The notes under the pieces were generated by a model, which ran no database searches, was not told the DNA's origin, and saw only the letters and a list, made by a program, of their open reading frames with translations. The position numbers and the translations under genes are program-made. From Halobacteriales archaeon (lineage in GTDB: Archaea > Halobacteriota > Halobacteria > Halobacteriales > Hikarchaeaceae), in contig JBDGQL010000093.1 in NCBI GenBank assembly GCA_042219105.1, positions 1 to 48,150 on the forward strand: a stretch of DNA of 48,150 nt. Reading direction: 5' to 3'. Positions within the stretch are counted from its first letter, which is position 1. Every line of letters begins with the position of its first letter. Positions 34,962 to 43,181 of this stretch are shown one piece after another.

Positions 34962-36041
34962 ATGAGCAATCAAGCAGTGGAAAAGTCGCCGGCAGACGGT
35001 GATATCCCGGACGCGATGGAGGCCCTAGTGAACGTCGCACCCGAGGAGGTCGAGTTACGCGAAGTGCCAGTCCCGGAGATCGGACCGGGAGAAGCACTGC
35101 TCCGGGTCAGCGCGGTCGGGATCTGTGGGAGTGACATCCACCAGTGGCACGGGAGCAATTCCTGGGAGGTGAACCACCCCGTGACGCTCGGTCACGAGTT
35201 CTGCGGAATCATCGAGCGGATACGGACCGACGACGAGGAGTTCCAAGTCGGAGATCAGGTTGTCAGCGAAACGGCAGCCGTCATAAACGAAAAGAGTCCG
35301 CTCACCCGGCGTGGGAAGTACAACCTGGACCCCGACAGGTTGGGCTTCGGGTACGGAACTGACGGCGCCATGGCGACGTACGTCGTCGTGCCCGAGCGAT
35401 GTTTGCACCACGTGCCCGGCGGCGTCCCAGTCGAGCAAGCCGCGCTCACCGAGCCGTGCTGTGTAGCGTACAACGCCGTCGTCGAGAACGGGGACGTCAC
35501 CCCCGGTGACGACGTGCTCATCATCGGCCCGGGTCAGATCGGCCTGCTGTCGACGACCATGGCACGAGAGTCCGGCGGGAGCAACATCGTCGTGAACGGG
35601 CTCCCCGAGGACGAGGATCGCCTGGAGATAGCAAGCCAGATGGGAGCCACCGAGACCGTCGTCGGTGGACTGGACGGGATTGCGGAGGACATCGGCGACG
35701 GACTGGGATTTGACTGTGTGATCGACGCCTCGGGCGTCATGGCAACCTTCGAGACGGCGATGGATTCGGTTCGACCGGACGGCCACATAACCAAGGTCGG
35801 CTGGGGGCCGGAAGATTTGAACGCGACGCTCGATCCGATCGTCGGAAAGGGCGTCACGGTACAGGGGAGTTTCAGCCACACCTGGGCCATGTGGGAGAGC
35901 GTCCTGACGATGATGTCCACGGGCCAGGTCGACGTCGATCCCATTCTCAATCGCGTCGCACCGCTCACGGACTGGCGGGAGTGTTTCGAGGCCATGCAGG
36001 ACCGGGAGCACGTCAAGTGCGTCCTCAAACCGGGTGAGTAG
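34962..36041 (+). CDS. Zinc-dependent medium-chain alcohol/polyol dehydrogenase
   Basis: ORF 34653..36041; ATG 34962 (MSNQAVEKSP). Motifs: GICGSDIHQWHG, GHEFCG, and the Rossmann motif IIGPGQIGLL. Confidence 0.88.
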   Translation: MSNQAVEKSPADGDIPDAMEALVNVAPEEVELREVPVPEIGPGEALLRVSAVGICGSDIHQWHGSNSWEVNHPVTLGHEFCGIIERIRTDDEEFQVGDQVVSETAAVINEKSPLTRRGKYNLDPDRLGFGYGTDGAMATYVVVPERCLHHVPGGVPVEQAALTEPCCVAYNAVVENGDVTPGDDVLIIGPGQIGLLSTTMARESGGSNIVVNGLPEDEDRLEIASQMGATETVVGGLDGIAEDIGDGLGFDCVIDASGVMATFETAMDSVRPDGHITKVGWGPEDLNATLDPIVGKGVTVQGSFSHTWAMWESVLTMMSTGQVDVDPILNRVAPLTDWRECFEAMQDREHVKCVLKPGE

Positions 36042-36043
36042 TC

Positions 36044-36946
36044 GTGCCGCTCGCTGCGTTCCCGAAATGTTATTTAGATGATCTCATGTCGGGGGAGATG
36101 GCCCTGTCGGAGTGGTTCGACGTCGCCGAGCGCCTGGATCTCGACGGCGTCGAGTTCTACTGGGGGATCACGCCTGACCCGGAGGAGAGCCCCGGAGAAC
36201 TCGGCCGGGTACGCGAACAACTGGACGACAGGGGGCTCTCGGCACCCATGATGGTCTACTCCCCGGACTTCACGCACCCGGATCGGCAAACCCGACGGGA
36301 GGAGATCGAACGGGAAAAACGCGCGATTCGGGCCATCGACCGGCTCGGTGGATCGTACTGCCGGGTGCTGTCCGGGCAGCGCCGCCCGGCGGTGGACCGT
36401 GATGAGGGGCTCGGCTGGGCTGCCGAGTGCATAACGGAACTGCTTCCGTTCGCGGCTGACCACGACGTGACCCTCGTCCTGGAGAATCATTACAAGGACG
36501 ACTACTGGGAGTACCCGGAGTTCGCCCAGGAGATGACCGCGTTTCTCGACTTGCTCGATCGGGTCCCGGAGCACCCGAACTTCGGCGTGAACTACGACCC
36601 CTCGAACGCTCTCATCGCGGACGACGACCCGATCGAGCTACTGGAGGCCGTCGGCGAGCGCGTCGAGACGATACACGCGAGCGATCGCTACGTCGAGGGC
36701 GGGGACATCGAGGATCTCCGCAACGTCGAGCGCGAGGGTGAGACGGGGTACGCCGACATGCTCACCCACGGGGTCGTCGGCGAAGGGATGATCGACTACG
36801 ACGAACTGTTCGGCGTGCTGGCGGAGGTCGGCTTCGAGGGGTGGATCTCCATCGAGGACGGATACGACGCGAGCGTCGGGGAGCGACACCTCTCGGAGTC
36901 TGCAGACTTTCTGCGTGGGAAGATGGCGGCCCACGGCGTTCCGTGA
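36044..36946 (+). CDS. Xylose-isomerase-like TIM-barrel (sugar phosphate isomerase/epimerase family)
   Basis: The GTG start lies 2 nt after the ADH stop. 300 aa. Motifs: LDLDGVEFYWG, LVLENHY, GWISIE. Confidence 0.8.
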   Translation: MPLAAFPKCYLDDLMSGEMALSEWFDVAERLDLDGVEFYWGITPDPEESPGELGRVREQLDDRGLSAPMMVYSPDFTHPDRQTRREEIEREKRAIRAIDRLGGSYCRVLSGQRRPAVDRDEGLGWAAECITELLPFAADHDVTLVLENHYKDDYWEYPEFAQEMTAFLDLLDRVPEHPNFGVNYDPSNALIADDDPIELLEAVGERVETIHASDRYVEGGDIEDLRNVEREGETGYADMLTHGVVGEGMIDYDELFGVLAEVGFEGWISIEDGYDASVGERHLSESADFLRGKMAAHGVP

Positions 36947-37010
36947 TCGGCGTCAAATGGGGGGCGCCCCGCATGGGCACTGGAGACGCTCCGCGACGGA
37001 TCGATCCCGG

Positions 37011-38330
37011 TCAGTTCACGTTCGCTGCCTCGGGGGAAGCGTCGTCGGTCGCGTTCTCGTACCACCGCACGAGTTCGTCGGCCAGGTTCGCGACGCGTTC
37101 GGGCTCGGCGTCGGCACGGTTCGTCGACTCGCCGCGGTCACGGGCCATATGTGACAGATGCACTTCCTCCGGATCCGACTCGATGTCACGCCCGTTGATA
37201 GTGAGCTTCCAGTCGCCGTCCCTGATGGCCAGCTGGCACCGCTCCCAGTCGTCGCGTTCCCAGTATAGGGTTCTGTGTGGTTCGGCGTCGGTCCGGATCG
37301 GCGTGAGAAGACTCTCACCATCAAGGCCGTCGGGGATCGTTACGTCACAACAGTCCGCGATGGTCGGGAGCAAGTCGATGTGGCTCGCGAGTCCGTCGTA
37401 CTCGGTCCCACCCTCAAACACGCCCGGATGGCGGATGATAGCCGGCACCCGTATACCACCCTCGAACAGGCTTTTTTTGTGCCCCCTGAACGGCCCGGAT
37501 GAGCCGCCGTAGAACGGTTCCCCGCTCCCGCTGAGGTCGTTCCGGGAGTTCCGGGGTGGCCCGTGGTCGGAGGTGAACACCACCATCGTGTCTTCAGTTT
37601 GTCCTGTCCGATCGAGTGTGTCCATAATCCGACCGACGCCGTCATCCACGGCGGCGATCATCGCCGCTGTGATCTGTCGATCATCATCGAGATGCTCGAA
37701 ACGCTGCTTGTATTCCATCGGGACGTGGCAGGGGTAGTGAGGCGCGTTGTACGGGACGAACGTAAAAAACTGCTCGTCGGCATGGCTCTCTATGAACTCC
37801 GTCGCACGGTCGGTGATGAGTTCGGTCATGTATTCGCCGTCGTGCCACACTTCCTCCGTTCCGTCCCAGAGATCGTGGGTGGGATCGCCCGCGTCAAAAG
37901 CCATGGGATAATAAAACACGTGTGAGTAGTAGTCCACACAGCCCGCGATGTGTCCCAAGAACTCCTCGAATCCGTGTGCGCCGGGGCGGGTGTCGGCCGC
38001 CCCACCGAGGTGCCACTTTCCGAACGCGCCCGTTCGGTAGCCGGCCTCTGCCAGCACCGACGGTATCGTCGCCTGATCGGACGGCAGTCCGGACATGTCA
38101 AGATCGGGGCCGACGTTGTCACGGACACCCGCGTTTGCCGGATACCGCCCGGTCAGCAGCGACGCTCTCGACGGAGAACACACCGGGGCGGTCCCGTGCC
38201 AGTCGGTACATCGGACGCCGTCTGCCGCAAGCGCGTCGATGTTCGGGGTTTCGTACTCCGCGCCGTAACAGCCGAGGTCTCCGTATCCGAGGTCGTCACA
38301 ACAGATGACGATCACGTTCGGGGCTGACAT
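37011..38330 (-). CDS. Type I sulfatase (Cys-type), no signal peptide
   Basis: MSAPNVIVICCDDLGYGDLGCYG, CSPSRASLLTG, GKWHLGG. Confidence 0.9.
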   Translation of the reverse strand: MSAPNVIVICCDDLGYGDLGCYGAEYETPNIDALAADGVRCTDWHGTAPVCSPSRASLLTGRYPANAGVRDNVGPDLDMSGLPSDQATIPSVLAEAGYRTGAFGKWHLGGAADTRPGAHGFEEFLGHIAGCVDYYSHVFYYPMAFDAGDPTHDLWDGTEEVWHDGEYMTELITDRATEFIESHADEQFFTFVPYNAPHYPCHVPMEYKQRFEHLDDDRQITAAMIAAVDDGVGRIMDTLDRTGQTEDTMVVFTSDHGPPRNSRNDLSGSGEPFYGGSSGPFRGHKKSLFEGGIRVPAIIRHPGVFEGGTEYDGLASHIDLLPTIADCCDVTIPDGLDGESLLTPIRTDAEPHRTLYWERDDWERCQLAIRDGDWKLTINGRDIESDPEEVHLSHMARDRGESTNRADAEPERVANLADELVRWYENATDDASPEAANVN

Positions 38331-38355
38331 GGGCCGGTAAAGGAAGATGACCTAC

Positions 38356-38364
38356 TTTAATTTA
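38356..38364 (-). promoter_or_regulatory. TATA-like box in the divergent sulfatase intergenic region
   Basis: TTTAATTTA is centred about 30 nt upstream of ATG 38330 on the minus strand. Confidence 0.4.
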
Positions 38365-38424
38365 CTGGTTCCGGAGGATCAAACGATCACAGAGCACATA
38401 TACACTCGGTCGGACGGTAGAGGT

Positions 38425-40155
38425 ATGAGTTCGAGCGATACGACACAAGGACAGGGGGATCAACGACCGAACGTGATCGTACTCGTGACCGACGACCAGG
38501 GGTATGGGGATCTCGGGTGCCACGGAAACCCGGTTCTGGAGACGCCGAACATGGATCAGTTGCACGAGGAGGCGGCCCGACTCGATCAGTTCCACGTCGG
38601 GACGACGTGCGCGCCGTCTCGTGCCTCCCTGATGACCGGGCGACACAAACTGCGGACCGGGGTCTGGCACACCGTCAACGGGTGGTCGCTGTTAGACCGT
38701 GAGGAGACCACGATAGCGGAGTTCTTCTCGCGTGCCGGATACGAGACGGGACTGTTCGGGAAGTGGCATCTGGGCGATAATTACCCGTACCGCCCACAGG
38801 ACCGGGGATTCGACGAGGTGTTCATTCACCGTGGCGGCGGCGTCTCACAGACGCCCGACTACTGGGGAAACGACTACTTCGACGATACCTACGTTCACAA
38901 CGGCGAGCCGGAAGCCGTCGAGGGATACTGCACGGACGTCTGGTTCAGGGAGGCAACCGAGTTCATCACCCGGTGTGCCGACGCCGACCGGCCGTTCTTC
39001 TGTTATCTCCCGACGAACGCGCCACACGGGCCGACGGAGGTACCCGACTCGTACCGGGAGTCATACGAGGGGAAGGTCCACGAACAACTCGCACGGTTTT
39101 ACGGGATGATCGAGAACATCGACGACAACCTCGGTGAACTCCGGGCACGCCTTCGCGAGATCGGGATCGCGGACGACACCATCCTGATTTTCATGGGCGA
39201 CAACGGGACCATCGGAGCGGCTGCCGAACAGTATAACGCCGGAATGCGGGGGAACAAGGGCTCGGAGTACGACGGTGGACACCGCGTACAGTGTTTCGTC
39301 CACTGGCCCGACCGGATAGAGGACAAGACGATCGAGACGCTGACCAGACACTACGACGTTCTCCCGACGCTTGCCGACTACTGCGGATTGGACTGTTCGT
39401 CGGTTCGTTTGGACGGCCGAAGCCTTCGCCCGCTGTTCGCCGGTGAAACGAACGACTGGCCGGACCGGACTCTCATCGTCGACACACAGCGCGTGGAACA
39501 GCCACGGAAGTGGAAATCGTCGTCCGTCATGACCGACCGCTGGCGGCTGGTGAACCGTGACGAACTGTACGACATCGACGCGGATCCGGGCCAGACCAAC
39601 GACGTTTCCGGGGAGCATCCGGATGTCGTCGAGCGGTTGAGAGAGGAGTACGAATCCTGGTGGGCCGACGCCTCCAGTGAGATCGACGGGTACTGCCGAA
39701 TTCCGGTCGGTGTTGACGCGGCCGATCCCGTGACGCTCACCGCCCACGACTGGCATGAGTGTGGGACGGTTCCGTGGACGCAGACCCAGATTCTTAGCGG
39801 GATAAAAACCAACGGGTTCTGGACCCTTGACGTGCGGAAAGCCGGCACGTACAGGATCGAGCTTCGGCGATGGCCGAGAGAGGCCGAGGCGACCATCGAC
39901 GGTGTACCGGAGGGCTACGAGCGACTCGATTACGGTGCCAGGGACCTCTGGACCGCGGAGGCCGAGAGAGTCGATCCGACGGAGGCGTCGATCGAAATCG
40001 GGGGCATCACGCGGACCAAGCCCGTGCCGGAGGGCGACCGGGCGGTGTCGTTTCGCGTCGAACTCCCGGAGGGCCCGGCGGAACTAGCGACGGAGTTCGA
40101 TCTGCCGGAGCAGGACAATCTGGGATCGTACTACGCGTACGTCCAACGGATCTGA
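38425..40155 (+). CDS. Type I sulfatase (Cys-type) with an extra C-terminal domain, no signal peptide
   Basis: ORF 38347..40155; ATG 38425 (MSSSDTTQGQGDQRPNVIVLVTDDQGYGD) is preferred. Motifs: CAPSRASLMTG, GKWHLG. About 130 extra C-terminal residues. Confidence 0.88.
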   Translation: MSSSDTTQGQGDQRPNVIVLVTDDQGYGDLGCHGNPVLETPNMDQLHEEAARLDQFHVGTTCAPSRASLMTGRHKLRTGVWHTVNGWSLLDREETTIAEFFSRAGYETGLFGKWHLGDNYPYRPQDRGFDEVFIHRGGGVSQTPDYWGNDYFDDTYVHNGEPEAVEGYCTDVWFREATEFITRCADADRPFFCYLPTNAPHGPTEVPDSYRESYEGKVHEQLARFYGMIENIDDNLGELRARLREIGIADDTILIFMGDNGTIGAAAEQYNAGMRGNKGSEYDGGHRVQCFVHWPDRIEDKTIETLTRHYDVLPTLADYCGLDCSSVRLDGRSLRPLFAGETNDWPDRTLIVDTQRVEQPRKWKSSSVMTDRWRLVNRDELYDIDADPGQTNDVSGEHPDVVERLREEYESWWADASSEIDGYCRIPVGVDAADPVTLTAHDWHECGTVPWTQTQILSGIKTNGFWTLDVRKAGTYRIELRRWPREAEATIDGVPEGYERLDYGARDLWTAEAERVDPTEASIEIGGITRTKPVPEGDRAVSFRVELPEGPAELATEFDLPEQDNLGSYYAYVQRI

Positions 40156-40157
40156 TA

Positions 40158-40236
40158 TACGGGTCGACAGAAGTCCTGATAGATATTCGCCGGGTACGGT
40201 GGAGGCTAATTCTATCAACAGTTCTGTCGACCCGTA
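40158..40236 (-). mobile_element. MITE-B copy, 79 bp
   Basis: It starts 2 nt after the sulfatase stop TGA (40153-40155), with TA at 40156-40157. It abuts MITE-E on the right. Confidence 0.88.
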
Positions 40237-40312
40237 TACTGTCGGACGGAACTGTTGATAATTTCGCTCGCCCACCGTGCGAGCAGAATATCATTCGTTC
40301 CGTCCGATAGTA
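40237..40312 (+). mobile_element. MITE-E, a 76-bp variant related to MITE-A
   Basis: The termini TACTGTCGGACGGAAC ... GTTCCGTCCGATAGTA match 15 of 16 as inverted repeats. The inner arms GATAATTTCGCTCGC / GCGAGCAGAATATC pair. TA follows at 40313-40314. Confidence 0.7.
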
Positions 40313-40326
40313 TATTAACCGATCCG

Positions 40327-40354
40327 CATGTTACCCTGTTCGTGTCCGGGTGTA
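40327..40354 (+). repeat. MITE-D right-end fragment
   Basis: CATGTTACCCTGTTCGTGTCCGGGTGTA parallels the last 28 nt of the D copy at 8159..8267. Confidence 0.5.
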
Positions 40355-40368
40355 GAGGAGTTGCCCGA

Positions 40369-41169
40369 TTACTGGAGGTTTCCGCCGCCGCTAACCCGGA
40401 GAATGTGGCCGGTGACGTAATCGGCCCTGTTACTGGCTAAGAACAGAACCCCATCAGCGAGGTCCTGGGGCTGGCCCAACCGGCCCATCGGGCGTTTCTC
40501 GCCCCAGTCCGCAAGCACCTCCTCGGTCGTTCGATCGGAGTCCGCCGCCACCTCCCGGGCTTCCTTACGGAGTTGGTGGGTCTCGGTCACGTCGGTCGAT
40601 ATCGCGTTGACACGAATGCCGTGTTCCGCGAAGTCACACGCCATGCGCCAGGTCAGCCCGTTGACCGCGGTGTTCGAGACCCCGTAAAACCGTCGGGGCC
40701 CCGATCGCCTGTCCCCCGTCTGGCTAGTGACGTTCACGATGGTTCCCTCGGTGCCCTCTTCGACCATGTGTCGGGCGAGCAACTGTGAGAGATAGAACTG
40801 CGACCGCACGTTCACGTCGATCGTATCGTTCCAGTCGTCCAGGCTCGCTTCGAGCATGTGATCCTCCCGCCAGATGGCCGCGTTGTTGACCAACAGGTCG
40901 ATCGGGCCGATCGCCCCGATGGCCTCCCTCGACAGGCGCTCGATGCCCTCCGGCTCGGCGACGTCGGCAGCAACACCGTGAACGCTTCCGGGTCCGAGTG
41001 ATCCGAGTTCGTCGGCCGTTTTCCGGACGTCCTCCGGCGTCCGGGAGTTCACCACGACGTTCGCACCTGCTTCGACCAGTCCCTTCGCGATTCCCCGGCC
41101 GATGCCCTTCGTGGAACCAGTTACCACCGCCGACTCGCCCTCGAAATCAAACGCGGCTTTCCCGACCAT
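40369..41169 (-). CDS. Short-chain dehydrogenase/reductase with an atypical YxxxN motif
   Basis: 266 aa. It has VVTGSTKGIGRG and NNAA, but FYGVSNTAV where YxxxK is expected. Confidence 0.85.
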   Translation of the reverse strand: MVGKAAFDFEGESAVVTGSTKGIGRGIAKGLVEAGANVVVNSRTPEDVRKTADELGSLGPGSVHGVAADVAEPEGIERLSREAIGAIGPIDLLVNNAAIWREDHMLEASLDDWNDTIDVNVRSQFYLSQLLARHMVEEGTEGTIVNVTSQTGDRRSGPRRFYGVSNTAVNGLTWRMACDFAEHGIRVNAISTDVTETHQLRKEAREVAADSDRTTEEVLADWGEKRPMGRLGQPQDLADGVLFLASNRADYVTGHILRVSGGGNLQ

Positions 41170-41317
41170 ATCCGCTCTGGTCAGTCAGGAAACCTAAATG
41201 TTCGGTGTCGTGTGCCCCGGTTTCGACGGCGAGTCGTCAGCGAACTCCTACTCCGTGGCATCCGGCGAGTGGGAACCGGCGTAACTGTTCACTCGACGAG
41301 GTCGCCTCTCTCGGTGG

Positions 41318-41329
41318 TTTTATTAATAT
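41318..41329 (+). promoter_or_regulatory. TATA-like box for the small membrane-protein gene
   Basis: TTTTATTAATAT is centred about 27 nt upstream of ATG 41350. Confidence 0.4.
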
Positions 41330-41349
41330 GAAACGTGTTAACCGCGAAC

Positions 41350-41595
41350 ATGGGTACAATGGAACGAGATCAAAAAGAAAAACTCTCCGAGAACGTTGTT
41401 CTCAACCTAATACTGCGCACGCTCTATGCGATCAGGACGTCGTTCTCGAAGTTTTTCATCGCTCTGGGTACCGTATTCATCATACTTGGGATAATTCAAC
41501 AGGACGGAGTGTTTGCCGGATTATCCGTTATAATCGGTGTCACTATAATTCTGTATGGGGCGATCGCGTACGTCGTGGCACGACTACTGTTGTAG
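41350..41595 (+). CDS. Small (81 aa) two-TM membrane protein, low-GC gene
   Basis: Part of ORF 41335..41595. Its hydrophobic segments are FFIALGTVFIILGII and FAGLSVIIGVTIILYGAIAYVVA. It uses AT-rich codons (AAA, ATA, ATT, TTA) that are rare in neighbouring genes. Confidence 0.55.
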   Translation: MGTMERDQKEKLSENVVLNLILRTLYAIRTSFSKFFIALGTVFIILGIIQQDGVFAGLSVIIGVTIILYGAIAYVVARLLL

Positions 41596-41606
41596 TCGAT
41601 CCACGA

Positions 41607-43124
41607 CTACTCCCTGTGGGCGTCTTCCGGGTCGTCGCGGTCGATCGAATATCCCGGCCCTCCGAGATGGTCGAGCGGCGTGGGGTTCGTGGCGCCCCCG
41701 TGTTCCCACCAGCGCCGGGTCCAGATCGTGTGTGCCTCGGTCTCCCCCTCCCGGGGAGCGGAACGGTCTCCCGGGATCACCGGCTCCTCGGTGGTCGCGT
41801 AGAAGTCGAGCAGCCGTTCGGTCAATCGTAGCCGAACCGATCGGTACTCCTCCTCGTCGTAGAGATCGTCGTGCTCCCAGGGGTCCTCGCTGATGTGGTA
41901 CAGCTCCCCACCCTCACCGTTGACGTAGTGCGTCAGTTTCCACTCGTCGGTCCGTATCGTCCGGTGGGTTGTATCCTCACAGACGGTTACCTCCCGGTCG
42001 ACCGTCCCATCACCGGCGAGGACGCCGGCCAAGCTCTCTCCCTGCACCGGGTCCGGAACCGGGAGATCCAGAAGGTCACACAGCGTCGGAAACACGTCGA
42101 TGCTCTCGACGAGATCGCCGTTGACGGCGTCGGATCGAGCGCCTTCCGGCCACCGCCACACCATCGGGATCCGGTGGACCGCCTCCGAGATGCCGACGTT
42201 CTTCCGCACGAGGCCGTGCTCGCCGGCGAAGTCACCGTGATCCGACCCGAACACCACGACGGTGTTCTCCAACTCGCCGGTCTCCCAGAGGTGTGACAGG
42301 ACGCGGCCGATCTGCTCGTCGATCAGCGTGATCAGCGCGTAGTAGTAAGCGACGACCTGACTGATGTCGGCGTCGCTGCTTTGCTGGAACAGGTCGCGTC
42401 GCGCGGCCGCCTGCCACTCGGGGGGCTTGTCGTCGAACTCGCCGTCATCCCGGGGTGGGAGATCTATCTCCGCCGGATCGTACAGATCGGCGTACTCCGG
42501 GGGTGGGCAGTACGGGGGGTGGGGCCGCTGGAAGGACATCCACGCGAAAAAGGGGTCGTCGCCGTTTCTCTCCCGTAGCCAGCGCAGGGTTTCGTCCGCG
42601 GTCCACCGCTCGACGCTGTGTTCGGCCGGAATGTTCGAGACGAACGCGGTGTGTGGGTACTCGGTCGAGGCCGGGCCGAGGTCGTACTCCTCGGAATACC
42701 CCACCCGTTCGAGATACTGGTAGTAGTCGTTCTCGTGGGGGTGGTCGGCGACGTCTGAGAAGTCACAGGTCCGGCGGACGTCGAACCCGTGTGTCGTCCA
42801 GTCGATCGGGAGGTGGAGTTTGCCGAACCCGCCGGTGTCGTAGCCGTTGTTCCCGAGGTGCCGGGCGAGCGAGAGCGTGTCGTCGGGAACGCCGCCGTAG
42901 TTGCCGTACACCCCGTGGCTGTGTGGGTACCGACCGGTCATGTAGCTCATCCGGGAGGGCATACAGATGGGGTTCTGACAGTAGGCGCGATCGAAGCGAA
43001 CGCCCTCGGCGGCCAGGCGATCGATTGCCGGCGTCTCGACGGTGTCGTTTCCGTAACACCCCAGACACCGGGCGTTGTGCTGGTCGTCCATGATAAAGAG
43101 GACGTTCGGCGAGTCCGATGACAT
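41607..43124 (-). CDS. Type I sulfatase (Cys-type), no signal peptide
   Basis: MSSDSPNVLFIMDDQH, CMPSRMSYMTG. Confidence 0.9.
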   Translation of the reverse strand: MSSDSPNVLFIMDDQHNARCLGCYGNDTVETPAIDRLAAEGVRFDRAYCQNPICMPSRMSYMTGRYPHSHGVYGNYGGVPDDTLSLARHLGNNGYDTGGFGKLHLPIDWTTHGFDVRRTCDFSDVADHPHENDYYQYLERVGYSEEYDLGPASTEYPHTAFVSNIPAEHSVERWTADETLRWLRERNGDDPFFAWMSFQRPHPPYCPPPEYADLYDPAEIDLPPRDDGEFDDKPPEWQAAARRDLFQQSSDADISQVVAYYYALITLIDEQIGRVLSHLWETGELENTVVVFGSDHGDFAGEHGLVRKNVGISEAVHRIPMVWRWPEGARSDAVNGDLVESIDVFPTLCDLLDLPVPDPVQGESLAGVLAGDGTVDREVTVCEDTTHRTIRTDEWKLTHYVNGEGGELYHISEDPWEHDDLYDEEEYRSVRLRLTERLLDFYATTEEPVIPGDRSAPREGETEAHTIWTRRWWEHGGATNPTPLDHLGGPGYSIDRDDPEDAHRE

Positions 43125-43148
43125 CAGGCTACTGGATTAGCCAAACAC

Positions 43149-43156
43149 ATAAATAA
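43149..43156. promoter_or_regulatory. Single AT-rich box shared by divergent sulfatase genes
   Basis: ATAAATAA is the only AT-rich element in the 57-bp spacer. It is centred about 28 nt from ATG 43124 (minus strand) and about 30 nt from ATG 43182 (plus strand). Confidence 0.45.
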
Positions 43157-43181
43157 CTCCCGGGAACACTGTTCTGAGCGT

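Noticed and set aside
36956-36975. A GC-rich imperfect palindrome (ATGGGGGGCGCCCCGCAT) between convergent genes, considered as a terminator.
   Set aside because: The stem is imperfect, there is no adjacent T-run, and archaeal termination signals are poorly defined. It is not distinguishable from chance in GC-rich DNA.
38347-38424. The upstream ATG at 38347 as the start of the sulfatase gene.
   Set aside because: It lies only 17 nt from the divergent gene's start, and the TATA-like box would then fall inside the coding region. ATG 38425 leaves a normal sulfatase N-terminus.
40998-41831. A 277-aa plus-strand ORF spanning the SDR gene start, the small membrane gene and the sulfatase gene end.
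   Set aside because: It overlaps three better-supported genes in other frames or strands, and its translation is Arg/Ser/Pro-rich with no motifs.
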